Below the pieces are notes generated by a model that made no database searches, was not told the origin of the DNA, and worked only from the letters and a program-made list of their open reading frames with translations. A stretch of 64,000 bases of DNA from assembly GCF_035594765.1 (NCBI RefSeq), contig NC_085841.1:191441574-191505573 (forward strand). The letters run 5' to 3'. Positions within the stretch are counted from its first letter, which is position 1, and every line of letters begins with the position of its first letter. Below are positions 1 to 11,839 of this stretch, piece by piece. The stretch comes from Anolis carolinensis (taxonomy: Eukaryota). The translations under genes were made by a program, and so were the position numbers.

Positions 1-768
1 ATTGCATGAGAGGAGACATGATCACTTCTCTAGTCTCACTGCTGTTCCTTGTGGTACTCTGAGATCTGAAAGGGGAGCCAGCCAAAATTGTCTCCTTTTT
101 CTCTTCTGCTGGTTTCAAAAGCCTTCCATGGATGGAAAAGCCATTCTTCAATGACAGCAAATACTGGATCCAATCCAAAGGCACTAACATAGAGTGCATC
201 TATGTTGTAGAATTAATGAATGCAGTTTGACAGCCATGGCTCAATGCTGTGGATTCATGGGAGTTACAGTTTTGCAAAGTTTTTAGCCTTCCCTTCCAAA
301 GAGTCCTGGTACTACAGCTTCCAAGATTCCATAGCATTGAGCCATGGCAGTTAAAGTGGTGTCAAAGTGCATTAATTGTACAGTGTAGACACACTCTGAC
401 GATAGGCAACTTGTGCTTCTCTCTTGTCACTATTAGCTACGCTCACCAAAGCAGATAGATGTTGCAATGCAATAAAATCTCAAAGTTGCTAATCCCTGCT
501 TTGATTATCCAAAATATTGTTTTGTCCTCATAGCATATGCTTTTTAAGGGACTCCTTGTAACTGTTAAACAGAATATTGAGAGCAGCATCAAAGATCAGT
601 GTAGCTGCTGTTCAGCTATGTTCAGAATTTGGAGGAAATAAAATGTAATTTGTGTACATGCATGTCTGTATAATAGTATTCAATTACATTCTTCAAAAAC
701 TACAAACTGTCATGTAAACATTCAGGGACTGTATAATAACTTGTTTTATTTCTTAAATTATTCTTTAG

Positions 769-812
769 ATGAAACGTTCTGTTAGCCACCCAGGTACTTG
801 TTATCCTGAAAG
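769..812 (+). CDS. PLEKHA3: PLEKHA3 (FAPP1) internal coding exon, MKRSVSHPGTCYPE(R)
   Basis: ttctttag acceptor and AG|gtaag donor; 44 nt; peptide resembles human PLEKHA3 MKRSVSHPGSCSSER; phase matches the next exon. Confidence 0.9.
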
Positions 813-818
813 GTAAGC

Positions 819-820
<2 letters not shown>

Positions 821-867
<47 letters not shown>
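821..867. repeat. (AG)n microsatellite
   Basis: Perfect AG run just downstream of the exon donor. Confidence 0.95.
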
Positions 868-871
<4 letters not shown>

Positions 872-2674
872 CATATTTCCAAAGTGTGAGAACCAAAGAA
901 ATGGTATAAGAAATGTTTTGTAATGTCCCTCACATTATCGACATTTTATCTCTGCCAAAAGTGATTCACAGTATGTTGCCCACATGTAGTCCCACTGCAG
1001 TGTGTTTTGTGATGGGAAAATGTATTTTTGTTTACCTAATTATATGCAATATAATGAAAAGTTAATATGTGAGTATTCATATTCCCCTTACAAATCCACC
1101 TGAAAATATTGCTGTTTTAATACCTGGGAATTAGAAGAGTAGTAATTACATGTAATCATTCAACATTCCCTTATGCGTTGATCCAGAGGCCTGCAAAATC
1201 AAGGACCATTAAAACAACATGCTGGTGGGGTTTTTTTTTAGGAATTTGAAATTCTAGATTGAAAAATGATCTTAGATGTGATCTTTTTTTAGAACTTGCT
1301 TTGATATTTTTATTTTCTAATGTGTGGCTAAGATGCCTTTTTGGAATAAACAGTAAAAAAGCTGAAATCTTCTAATAGACTTTCAATACACTTTAATTCC
1401 TTGATATGAAACACAAAAAATCAGTTCAAAAGCACTAAAAGATAACATAGATAACTGTGTAACATGATTTTTGTTCCTGTCATTTCCTAATTGGTTTTAT
1501 CATAAAACATGGAAAAAGTTTATTAAACTGCACAAAGGTTTCCTTATTTTCATTAGGGAAAATTACAAATGAAGTGCCTAGACTGAAGGAAATAATAGTA
1601 CTACCCTCAGCCACAAAAACGATGTTTCTGAAGTATAACAATTACTTTCAAAGTACTGCACAATTACATAGGAAATAACACTTTCAAACCAGGAACAGAA
1701 AATGTTTCAAATTTTGTTACATAGTGTAATCAAAACTAAGTTAACAACTGAATTGTCAGTCCTGAGAGAGAATGATTGGAAGTTCAACAATTCGGTAGAG
1801 AACTGTGGAGGGTATGGCATTGTTTTTGTGCTTTTTGAATTCTGTAACCAAAAATACTCGCACATTAAAAAACATCTATAATATTGAAAAAAGTTTTTCA
1901 TCACAGAACTGTGTGATTGGCAGTGAGTCATCCAGTTATCCCTCAAGGCAGTTTGGTTGAGCAGAGTAATGCTTAGGACAAGGTTTCTCCATATACCTAC
2001 ATACTCCACTCCACTATCAGCCCTTTTATGTAGGGCTGGCAACTTAATCTATGGATCATGTTAGAGCTGTCGCTTATTTATTTATTTATTTATGACATTT
2101 CTACCACACCTTTCTCTACCCTGAAAGGGACTCAAGGCAAATATGTGTACATGGGAATTTAAAAATGTTTTCAGTACTTTGTGTGTTTGTTTGGGTGGCT
2201 GGGCTAGGCAGATTCAGTGGGACTACAGCTTTTTAGGAAGGCTTTTTTTCTAATATCCCCAGCTGCAATGAAAATATCATTCTTTATTCTAATATTGCAG
2301 TTTGGAGAAAAAGGTGTTCATGCCAGTGCGATATTTACTTCACCAAGACAAACTGTAATGTATGTTTTGTCCAAATTGTAACCGGGGAGGAAAGGATCTC
2401 TTTAGAAATCGCCTCCTGCCCCATCTAGTATCAAATAATCTTGAATCCTAAGATGTTTCTATCCAGTAATTGAATGCAGTAACTATTAGGCCCTCAGCAA
2501 AATGACTATAGGCATTCTTCCTCTGTCTCATCAATTTTTTCTGCAGTATATTTGAGAAACATTCTGTTATGTATCAAATAAATGATATGCAATAGTAGAA
2601 TGAGCTTAATTAACAAGAGAATAACAAGTCTTTAAAGCCTTTAGTAAAATGTGTGACTGTTGCATTTTTTTTAG

Positions 2675-2790
2675 GAGTGGTCATTTCACGAAAGAACCAA
2701 TTTCATCTTCCCATCGATTGTCACAAAAATGTAGAAGAGCCGTGTCTGATGCAGGACCATCTATAGATATTCCCCTTGAAGATACAGACA
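2675..2790 (+). CDS. PLEKHA3: PLEKHA3 penultimate coding exon, SGHFTKEPISSSHRLSQKCRRAVSDAGPSIDIPLEDTD
   Basis: tttttttag acceptor and A|gtaagt donor; 116 nt; similar to human [33 protein letters not shown]. Confidence 0.92.
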
Positions 2791-3527
2791 GTAAGTTATA
2801 TTTATATACTAGTTTGGGGACCTGGTGGTGCCCAGGTCATTTGAGAAAGGCATTGTTTGCCTGTGTTCCAAGTGTAGTCTAGATCAAATGTCAGCTGGGT
2901 TCAGTGAGTGGGGGTGAACTACAACTCCCATATGCAAGTCCCATCGTCGATGGACCGTCCCCCTCCAAACAGCACCAGGATGTAGAGTGAGTCATGGTGG
3001 CTCTATGTGTAAAGTTTGGTCTTGATCAGTCATTGGTGGGGGTTTCAGTGGTCTCAGGAAGCGAATGAAGGTACTGTAAATCCTATCATCCTTGGTCCAT
3101 TGTCCCCCGCAGGAGGACATAAAGGGGGTCACGGGGGTTCTGCCTGCCAAATTTGGTCCAATTCCATCACTGGTGGGCAGCACAGTGGTCTGTGGAATTT
3201 GAAGCAATTGAAAGTACTGCAAATCCCATCATCTGTGGTCCATCCTACCCCAGATGACACCAGGCGGTAAAGTGCATCATGGGGGTTATGTGTGCTAAGT
3301 TTGGGCCAGGTCCATCATTCCTGGCAGTCACAGTGACCTGCGGAAGTGGCGGACAATCAGAAAGCTGCCACATACACAGAAATATACAAACATACCCACA
3401 TACAAACATTGACTTTTATTATCTTTTATTTTATTATATAGATAGATAATATAGATATAGATTATTGACCAAAGAAAAGATAAGGACTCTAATTATAGTA
3501 AATCTAAAACGACCAGGATCTTTATAA

Positions 3528-4602
3528 ACAGACTGCAAAATAAACTTACCTACCCCCTTTTTCTTCACTCCTTTCCCATCCCATACTTCCCCAAATACTC
3601 CCCCCCACCATCCCTCCACTCCCCTTTCCCATCCCCGTTTACCTTGATTTCTTCTCTCTCTCTTTCATTTTTCCCTCCTCCTCTCCCCCCCCCCCCCCTT
3701 TTCCCTTCCCTTTCCCCTTTCTCCCCTTCTTCCTTCTTCTTGACCAGAATCGGAGCAGAAACACACTGGGATTGAATCTTCGCTCTCAGTTTCATAGATC
3801 TTTCTTCTTGTTCTTAATTCAGATTTCAGTACTTTCCTCTCATGGCGTAGGACATACTTATTTGTTGATCTTGTGGGTGTTTTTTTACCAACTGTTCAAG
3901 CCGTTTTGTATTATTCTGGGTCCATTCGTTTTTCACTTCTGCAGCAGCTGGTGTCTTGGTCATGGCCTGACTGGGCTGGGAAAAATGACAAAACAAAATC
4001 ATTGTATCAGCTTAAGGGAAAAAAGAAATAGAAGTTTATCAGACTGTAAAATAAACTTACCAACCCCCTTTCTTTTCAGTCCTTTCCCATCCCTTACTTC
4101 CCCAAATACTAACCCCCCCCCCCCCATTTTTTCCCATTCCCGTTGAAAAAATTGAAAAAGGGATTTAGGAAAGAGAGTGAAGAAATCAAGGTAGATTTCT
4201 TCACTCTCTTTCCTAAATCCCTTTTTCATTTTTCCCTCCTCCTCTCCCCTTATTTGCTCTTCCCTTTCCCCTTCCTCCCCTTCTTCCTTCTTCTTGACCA
4301 GAATCGGAGCAGAAACACACTGGGATTGATTCCTCGCTATCAGTTTCATAGATCTTTCTTCTTGTTTTTAATTCAGATTTCAGTACTTTCCTCTCATGGC
4401 GTAGGACATACTTCATGTATTTGTTGATCTTGTGGGTGTTTTTTTTTTACCAACTGTTCAAGCAGTTTTGTATTATTCTGAGTCCATTCATTTTTCACTT
4501 CTGCAGCAGATGGTGTCTTGGTCATGGCTTGACTGGGCTGGGAAAAATGACAAAACAAAATCATTGTATCAGCTTAAGGGAAAAAAGAAATAGAAGTTTA
4601 TC
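3528..4602. repeat. Imperfect tandem duplication (~510-560 bp unit) inside the Helitron
   Basis: ttcttgaccagaatcggagcagaaacacactggg..gggaaaaaagaaatagaagtttatc occurs at ~3735-4040 and ~4290-4602; gactgNaaaataaacttacc occurs at ~3531 and ~4042. Confidence 0.9.
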
Positions 4603-4904
4603 AAAATGACCATTTTGTTTTCCTCTCCCTATCTTTGTGTCTGTTAACAGAAGCTTGATGTGTAGATAGTAAGCATAGAAAGCACAAACTAAAGTGACAT
4701 TTTCTCAAAGTGTCAGTCTGCTGTTCAATACAGGGAGGAGACCTGTAAAAAGTTCTGTAACCTTTTTGTAAGGTTCTTCTTGCAGGCGTAGAGAACAATG
4801 CAAATACGTTTTCATTAGAAATATGCAAATAAAATAAAATATGTGAGACACTCAAATGGGTGGACCAGGCCATTCATTGTATAATGTATACATATAAATC
4901 TTAC

Positions 4905-5017
4905 CTTAACGTTTTTCATGTGTTTCGCTGAAATGTAGAGTATAGATATACCAACAACTGCGACGAGTAGCACTGCACCACGAATAAACAACTTCTCTAG
5001 GGTCTTTTCTGAAATGT
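4905..5017 (-). pseudogene. Exon-like fragment encoding a transmembrane helix, (D)ISEKTLEKLFIRGAVLLVAVVGISILYISAKHMKNVK
   Basis: ttggcttag acceptor and AAG|gtaaga donor; 113 nt, phase 1 to 0; hydrophobic run followed by basic residues. Confidence 0.55.
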
Positions 5018-5305
5018 CTAAGCCAAAAACACCACAGACATTAGATGGCTCTCTTTTCAACAGTTGCTCTTGTTCCTGTGATGGCAAATCAAAGCCAGTT
5101 GTTGCCTAGGCTGGTTTTCCATAACTGAGAACATTTTGCAGTTCCCAAAAGAAGCATATAAGAACAGCCTCCAAAAACCATCCTTGCTGTATGATAGTCA
5201 TCCAGAAGTACTTGTTAGAGAAGCTTCAATATGAGAACATCAGGCACGGAGAAATTCTATGAGGGTCACAAAGGTTTCCTGATCTTTATAAGAAGTGGGA
5301 GCAGC

Positions 5306-5356
<51 letters not shown>

Positions 5357-7874
5357 TTATTTCACATATTTACATATTGCTATTTGTAAATGACAAACAG
5401 TTTAGGAAAGTATGTTGATATCTTACAAATCATGTTTTTTTAAAAAGGCTTTCATGAGATACCGTATGTTGGCCATACCCCTCAGCTAAGTTGGGCAAAA
5501 CACCCAGGTCCCCGGATATAGACACCTTTAACATCTCCAGGGCGACCAGTCAGGAAAACATACCAAGAATTCTGCCCCATGTCCAAAGGATTTTACAGAG
5601 CCAGAGCTCTCCGCGTTTCAAGGTCATTTCCGTTTGCCCTCACCCTGGTTGCGTAAACACAGGTGAGGGTTTCCGTTCCTGGCTCACCCCACAAAGGGGT
5701 GCCTTAGGTGTACACCAAATGTAAACCTATGGCTGCTTTCCGCCACAGATTAGGTGTAAGTGTCCACTTTACCCCTATCCCCTACCAGGCTCCAAAGCGG
5801 CTTTAATGTCCCTTTACAAGTCACCTAGGAATTGGTGATTGCCTGTATCTTTTTAAAAAAATAATTTTTATTGCAAGATTTGTAAGCAACAGTGTTACAT
5901 TTTCTTTAACATATATATATCTTTTTCTTGATACAATAAAAACCAAATTGACTGCTAAGGATGATTAGGGAAAGGGGAGGAGGGGGGGGGTCCGGCGGGG
6001 AATACGAGGGGAGGGGAAGGAGCAGGAGGAGAAAAAAAAGGGAGAGAGAAAAAGAATGGTTAATAAAAAAAACAACAAAAAACAACCCCCCCCCAAAAAA
6101 AACTATAAACACAGTTGCTATAATTTTCCTACTACTTCCAGGGTCCGTACTGCAAATCCCATCATCCGTGGCCCATCCTACCACAAATGGAACCAGGCCA
6201 TAAAGTGCATCATGGGAGTTAAGTGTGCCAAGTTTGGGCCAGGTCCGTCATTTTTGGTGGTCATAGTGGCCTGTGGAAGTGGCAGCAAGTCAGAAAGCTG
6301 CCACATGCCCACATACAAACACTCCTGGAAGTCCCATCATCCATAGTCCAAACTATTCCAAACTGGACCAGGATGTAGAGTGGGTAATCGGGGCTGTGTG
6401 CCAAGTTTGGTACTGACTGGTTGTTGGTGGGAGTCGCAGTGCTTTCAGAAAGTGAGTGAAGGTATTGCAGGCCCCATTGTCCATGGTCCATCCACCTCCA
6501 AACTGCACGAGGGTGTAGAGTGGGTTGTTGTGGCTCTGTATGCCATGTTTGGTCTTGATCATTCACTGGTGGGGGTCGCAGTGGTCTCTGGAAGTGAGTG
6601 AAGGTATTGTAATTCCCATCATTCATGGTCCATCATTCTCCAAACCGCACCAGGTTATAGAGTGGGTCATGGGTGGTCTGTGTGCCAAGTTTGGTCTTGA
6701 TCAGTCATTTGTGGCAGTTGTAGTGATCTCAGGAAGTGAGTGAAGTTACTGCAAGTCCCACTATCCTTGGTATGGCATTCCCCAAACTGCACCAGAATGT
6801 AAAGGGGGTCACGGGGGTTCTGTCTGCCAAGTTTGGTGCAGTTCCGTCAATAGTGGGCGCTGCATGGTCTGTGGGAGCCAAGCAATTGAAAGTACTGCAA
6901 ATCCCATCATCCGTGGTCCATCCTCCTCCAAACGGCACCAGGACAGAATGGGTCATGGGGGTTATGTGTGCCAAGTTTGGGCCAGGTCCGTCATTCGTGG
7001 CGGTCACAGTGGCCTGTGGAAGGGGTAGCCAATCAGAAAGTTGCCACATACACTGCCGCATACCCACATACATACAAACATTCACTTTTATTATATATAG
7101 ATAGATAGATATAGATAGATATAGATATATAGATATAGATGTATTATGTGTTCCCTGTTCTTGAAGTAGAAGCCCACTTGGAGCAGGGTCATGATCTTTG
7201 CTAGAGTAACAGTGAATACAGAGATTACAGAAAGGGCAAAATGTTTTTGGTGACATAGGTATGTGCAACCTGAGGTTAGGCATGCACATTCTTTGGTGGA
7301 TAGTGCAGAAGGCATTATTCATTACCTCCTTGCAAACTATCCACCCACTCCCTACAGATAGCTTGTAAGTACCTGGGCGGCCAAGATTGTATAGTAGCCA
7401 TGGGCAGAGAAGTTCCATAGCTGCAACTACTTATGACTGCATGGGAAAAGAAAGTTTAGTCACTTAAGATCTTGGAGGATGACCTCAGCACAAGGTTGTG
7501 GTAGATGTACACTCTTTCTGTTAGATGTATAATTGTAGCCACAGCTTCTTGCATTGTACTGATGAAATAGGGTGCTAATGGCCTGGCATTTTGCCCTTTG
7601 AAGCATTTCAGAGTGGATTCAAATGTTACTTTCCAAAGACTTGCACAAGAAATGGTAGTGATTTAATGAGAAAGGATATCCACAGGAACTGTGTTACAAA
7701 ACGAAGTTCTCTGTGGTCAGTGCAGGAATAATGAAGCTTTTGATTCTGTATTTGTTGTGGTGAAATAAAAAACACAATATTGATGGAACAGGGCCTGTGC
7801 TTTACTGTATTCAGAAATTTTTCATGCCGAAGTGTAAGTCTTTGTGTATTGTTTGTTAGTAGTAGTTAGTAGGG

Positions 7875-8206
7875 AGGAGCCCCAGTGGCGCAGCGGGTTA
7901 ATCTGCTGAGCTGCTGAACTTGCTGACTGAAAGGTCGGCGGTTCGAATCTGGGGAGTGGGGTAAGCTCCCGGTGTTAGCCTCAGCTTCTGCCAACGTAGC
8001 AGTTCAAAAACATGCAAATGTGAGTAGATCGATAGGTACCGCTCCGGCGAGAAGGTAATGGCACTCCATACAGTCATGCCAGCCACATGACCTTGGAGGT
8101 GTCTACGGACAACGGTGGCTCTTCGGCTTAGAAATGGAGATGAGCACCAAGCCCCAGAGTCAGACACAACTAGACTTAATGTCAGGGGGAAACGTTTACC
8201 TTTATC
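7875..8206 (+). mobile_element. Sauria SINE, full length
   Basis: tRNA-like head ggagccccagtggcgcagcgggttaa..ggttcgaatc; tail acgtttacctttatc; TSD tagttagtaggg (7863-7874 and 8207-8218). Confidence 0.93.
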
Positions 8207-8716
8207 TAGTTAGTAGGGGGCTACTTCATGCTTTCTTGGAAGAACGATTTGTTTTACTAATGTGGAGAATCAGGTGAGATAAATGCAGAGGAGAGTCAGC
8301 TATTTGAAGGGAATCCTTGACACCTCTCACCCTCTAATTTCCCTTTCCTTCTCATGCCTCTCTCTTTTTCATCAGACTAGAAGTAAGCCTAAGAATAAAA
8401 TTATTATGGGGAGAAATACACCCCCCCCCTTAAAAATATCCTCACTCACAAAAATATTTAAATGTAACTTCTTTCTTTCTATTGATTTATCATCTACAAA
8501 TTTGTTACCTTAGCAAATGCATATTTGTTTGTCATAGTATCACAACGTTCTTTTGGCTTCTTCTAGTGAGGGATGAATACTATTAGAAGTAAGACCCTTA
8601 TATCCATGGGGGATATGTTTCCGGCCAAAACGTGGTTACTGGAAACTGTGGATATGACCGATTACCATTAAATTACCTGACTTCCAGTCCCAGCATCTCA
8701 TAGAGTTGCTTTGGAG

Positions 8717-9952
8717 CAGTGGTTCTCAAGCTATGGGTCCCCAGATATTTTGGCCTACAACCAGGGCCAGCCCTAGGTAATTTTCAAGTGTAGGTGAGCA
8801 GAATTTTCCCCCCTCCAAACCAATCACTGAAAAATAAAAGCGTTAGATAAGCGAAAAGGTTGGATAATGAGGGTTTAAGGAAAAGCCTATTAAACATCAA
8901 ATTACATTAAGATTTTACACATTAAGCACCAAAACATCAAGTTTTACAACAAATCAACAGAAAAAGCAGTTCAATACATGGTAATGTTATGTAGGAATAA
9001 CTATATTTGCGAATTTAGCACCAAACATTGAACAGGGATATAGGGCAGTGTGGACTTCGATAACCCAGTTCAAAGCAGATATTGTGGGTTATTCTGCCTT
9101 GATATTCTGGATTATATGGCTGTGTGGAAGAGCTCTGAGGGACCTTCCACACAGCCATATAACCCAGAAGATCAAGGCAGATAATTAAAAGGCCACAGAA
9201 AGGGAATCTGGCCCCGGTATTAAAAAACTCTAAAATCAGGACAATAAATAAAGAACAACACTCTGAAAACAAGGGAAATGCAGACAGTAAACAATCAGGG
9301 CCAGCTAACACCTCCCAACCAAGGATGCCTCCAGGGAGGAAGCAGCCAGGCTTTGAATCTGCAAGGCCATTACATGCTAATCAAGCTGCCCAATTGCAAC
9401 ATTCACACTAGTCTCAAACAGACAGCTCTTTCTCCCACCCTATACTTTCCACAGATATATAAACCCCACTTACCTAGCTTCCAAGTTCCAACAGACCTCA
9501 CAACCTCTGAAAGCCTTGAAGGTGGGCCTGTGCCATCCAGAAGGTCCAGGTGGGTCTGCGCCGGCTGGAAGGCCCAACACGGGTGCCAGAAGGCCCAGTG
9601 CGGGCGCCGGAAGGCCCAGCATGGGTGCCAGAAGGCCCAGTGCAGGCACCGGAAGGCCCAGCGTTGCTGCTGGAAGGCCTAGTGTGGCCGCCAGAAAGCC
9701 CAGGCAGGCACAGGCTGAAGGAAGGCCCGGAGGAGAAGGAGGCGGGGTGGGGGGGGGGGGTGGCGGCGCCATCCTCCCAGGGGCCTCACTGCGCCCCCGG
9801 GACGATGGGGCCACAGGCAAGTGCCTAAATCGCCTCGCGGTTGGACCACCCCAGGCTACAACTGCCAGAAATCCTAACAGCTGGTAAACTGGCTGAGGTT
9901 TCTGGGAGTTTTAGGCCAAAACACCTGGGGGTGCACAGGTTGAGATACACTG
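8717..9952. mobile_element. hAT MITE with SPIN-like TIRs (cagtggttctcaa..ttgagatacactg), interrupted by a nested hAT element
   Basis: 8-bp TSD ctttggag (8709-8716 and 9953-9960). Confidence 0.85.
8762..9854. mobile_element. Nested chimeric non-autonomous hAT element containing Tc1-MITE and Penelope fragments and a 21-bp GC minisatellite
   Basis: cagggccagccct start; near-TSD cctacaac/gctacaac; (gccagaaggcccagtgcgggc)-like repeats at ~9560-9705. Confidence 0.7.
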
Positions 9953-10007
9953 CTTTGGAGGAGGCAGAGATTCTTAGAAAGGTATCCTCTCTATGAATGT
10001 GTTAGGT

Positions 10008-10714
10008 CAGGGGTCCCCAAACTAAGGCCCGGGGGCCGGATGCGGCCCTCCAAGGTAATTTACCTGGCCCCCGCCCTCAGTTTTATAATATAATAGTTTA
10101 TATAGTTTTAATAATATAATATATTGTATATACATATAATATTGATAATAATCTTATGTTATGCAATATAATACTAATAGTAATACCATATAATAATATT
10201 AATTATATGTTATATATTACATATTATATAATACTATAGTGGTATTGTTCAATATAGTAATATATAATGCTAATATTGTGTTATGCTAATAATATAATAT
10301 ATTGTATGTACATACAGCTGCTCTGAGTCCCCTTCGGGGTGAGAAGGGTGGGATATAAATGTAGTAGATAAATGCAGTAAATAAATAATTAATTTTAGAC
10401 TTAGGCTCGGCCAAAGTCTGACATGACTTGAAGGCACACAACAACAACAAGAATCCTAATTAACTTGACTATCTCATTGGCCAGTAGCAGGCCCACACTT
10501 TTCATTGAAATCCTAATAGGTTTATGTTGGTTAAAATTGTTTTCATTTTTAAATATTGTATTGTTCTTTTGTTGTTGTTGTTGTTCCACTACAAATAAGA
10601 CATGTGCAGTATATGCATAGGAATTTGTTTTTTTTTTCCAAATGATAATTCGGCCCCTCAACAGTCTGAAAGATTGTGGACCGGCCCTCTGCTTAAAAAG
10701 TTTGGGGACCCCTG
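10008..10714 (+). mobile_element. hAT (Charlie/OC1-like) MITE
   Basis: Perfect TIR caggggtccccaaact/agtttggggacccctg; 8-bp TSD tgttaggt. Confidence 0.92.
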
Positions 10715-11790
10715 TGTTAGGTCCTCCCACACAATTCTTTGTAACTTCTGTGGAAAGCATACAGTAGACACAGCAAATTTTTAGAAATACCATTTTCACT
10801 CAAATGTGAATATGTGAAATTGCAGATGTGGGTTCCATGGTTACAGGAGTCTTAATGTATCATATAGTTGCTTCAAGGGTTCTTTAGAATTTGATACCTG
10901 GTGTTGTTATTTATTTGAAGGATAAAAGAGCCATAATGAGACCCTTTTCCTATCCCTACCCCAGCCTCTACGTTAGACAGGATGGATCCCACTACACCAG
11001 AAACTCTGCTTAAGAGTGTCCCAACTTAAGAACATTTTGCATTAAGAGCTGTTCAGCCCAGGTTTAGCTTTGACATAAGAGTAACATTTTGAGTTAAGCT
11101 CTAGTGCCAGAGGGAGCGCTGGCACGAGTACAGGCCTTTGGGACTTCAAGAGAGTAGCTTCCATGCCTCGTGCTCTTTTCCACTTTGGGAGATTACTGTC
11201 CGCTTTGATCTTGTCTGCTTTGAGGAACTTTGGCTTAGTTGATTTTGTGTGATTTTTATTCCTGGTTTGTTTGGCTTTATGAAGAGAGAGAGGGAGAGAG
11301 AGCAAGAGATGTAGGGAGGCTGGAATGAGTCCAGAATGAAGAAAATGATGCTCCTGCCTCTTCACTTTGTGCTCCCTTGTCACAACTTTGTGCTTCTACC
11401 TTTTAACGTTGATTTTTCCTTTTTTATTGTTCCATGTGAATGTGCATTTATACATTATTTGACACTTTAAATTAATTCCATCAGATTGCTGGCTAACTTC
11501 ACCTCATGGCAGCTATGACATATTTTAAGTGAACACCTATTATAGCCATTTCTAATGTATTTTAATTGTCTTACAGGGTATATGTTTTAATGTTAAAACA
11601 TGTTATTAGCGTTATCATGACTTTTGGATTATTTTATGTTGTTTTAATTCTTTTGCTACAAGTGTACTGTTGTGTATTACTTTGGTTTTTGATGTGTTTG
11701 TATTATTTTGGGCATGGAATGTTTGCCTTTTTTTTGGTATGTAGTCCCTTCTGAGTCCCTTCTGGGAGAGAGGGTCGTCTAGAAATAAAG

Positions 11791-11837
<47 letters not shown>

Positions 11838-11839
<2 letters not shown>

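Larger units (their letters stand above)
2809..7101 (-). mobile_element. Composite non-autonomous Helitron with internal captured sequence
   Basis: On the - strand: A|TCTATATATAATAAAAG 5' end at 7101 (a second 5' end near 3442); 3' hairpin GACCTGG..CCAGGTC at 2819-2838, then CTAG|T at 2809-2812; ~120-bp subrepeats (gtgtgccaagtttgg..) at 2900-3420 and 6147-7100. Confidence 0.7.

Noticed and set aside
6147-7100. CRISPR-like repeat array or 229-aa ORF
   Set aside because: Degenerate ~120-bp Helitron subrepeats with no unique spacers, in a vertebrate context.
7875-7960. tRNA gene
   Set aside because: The A/B boxes belong to the Sauria SINE head; the same applies to ~43180-43258.
9278-9887. Overlapping Pro/Gly/Arg-rich ORFs and a CpG-island-like patch
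   Set aside because: Explained by a 21-bp GC minisatellite inside a non-autonomous hAT element.
10085-10310. Very AT-rich low-complexity tract as an origin or regulatory element
   Set aside because: It lies inside a MITE and is simple-sequence expansion.
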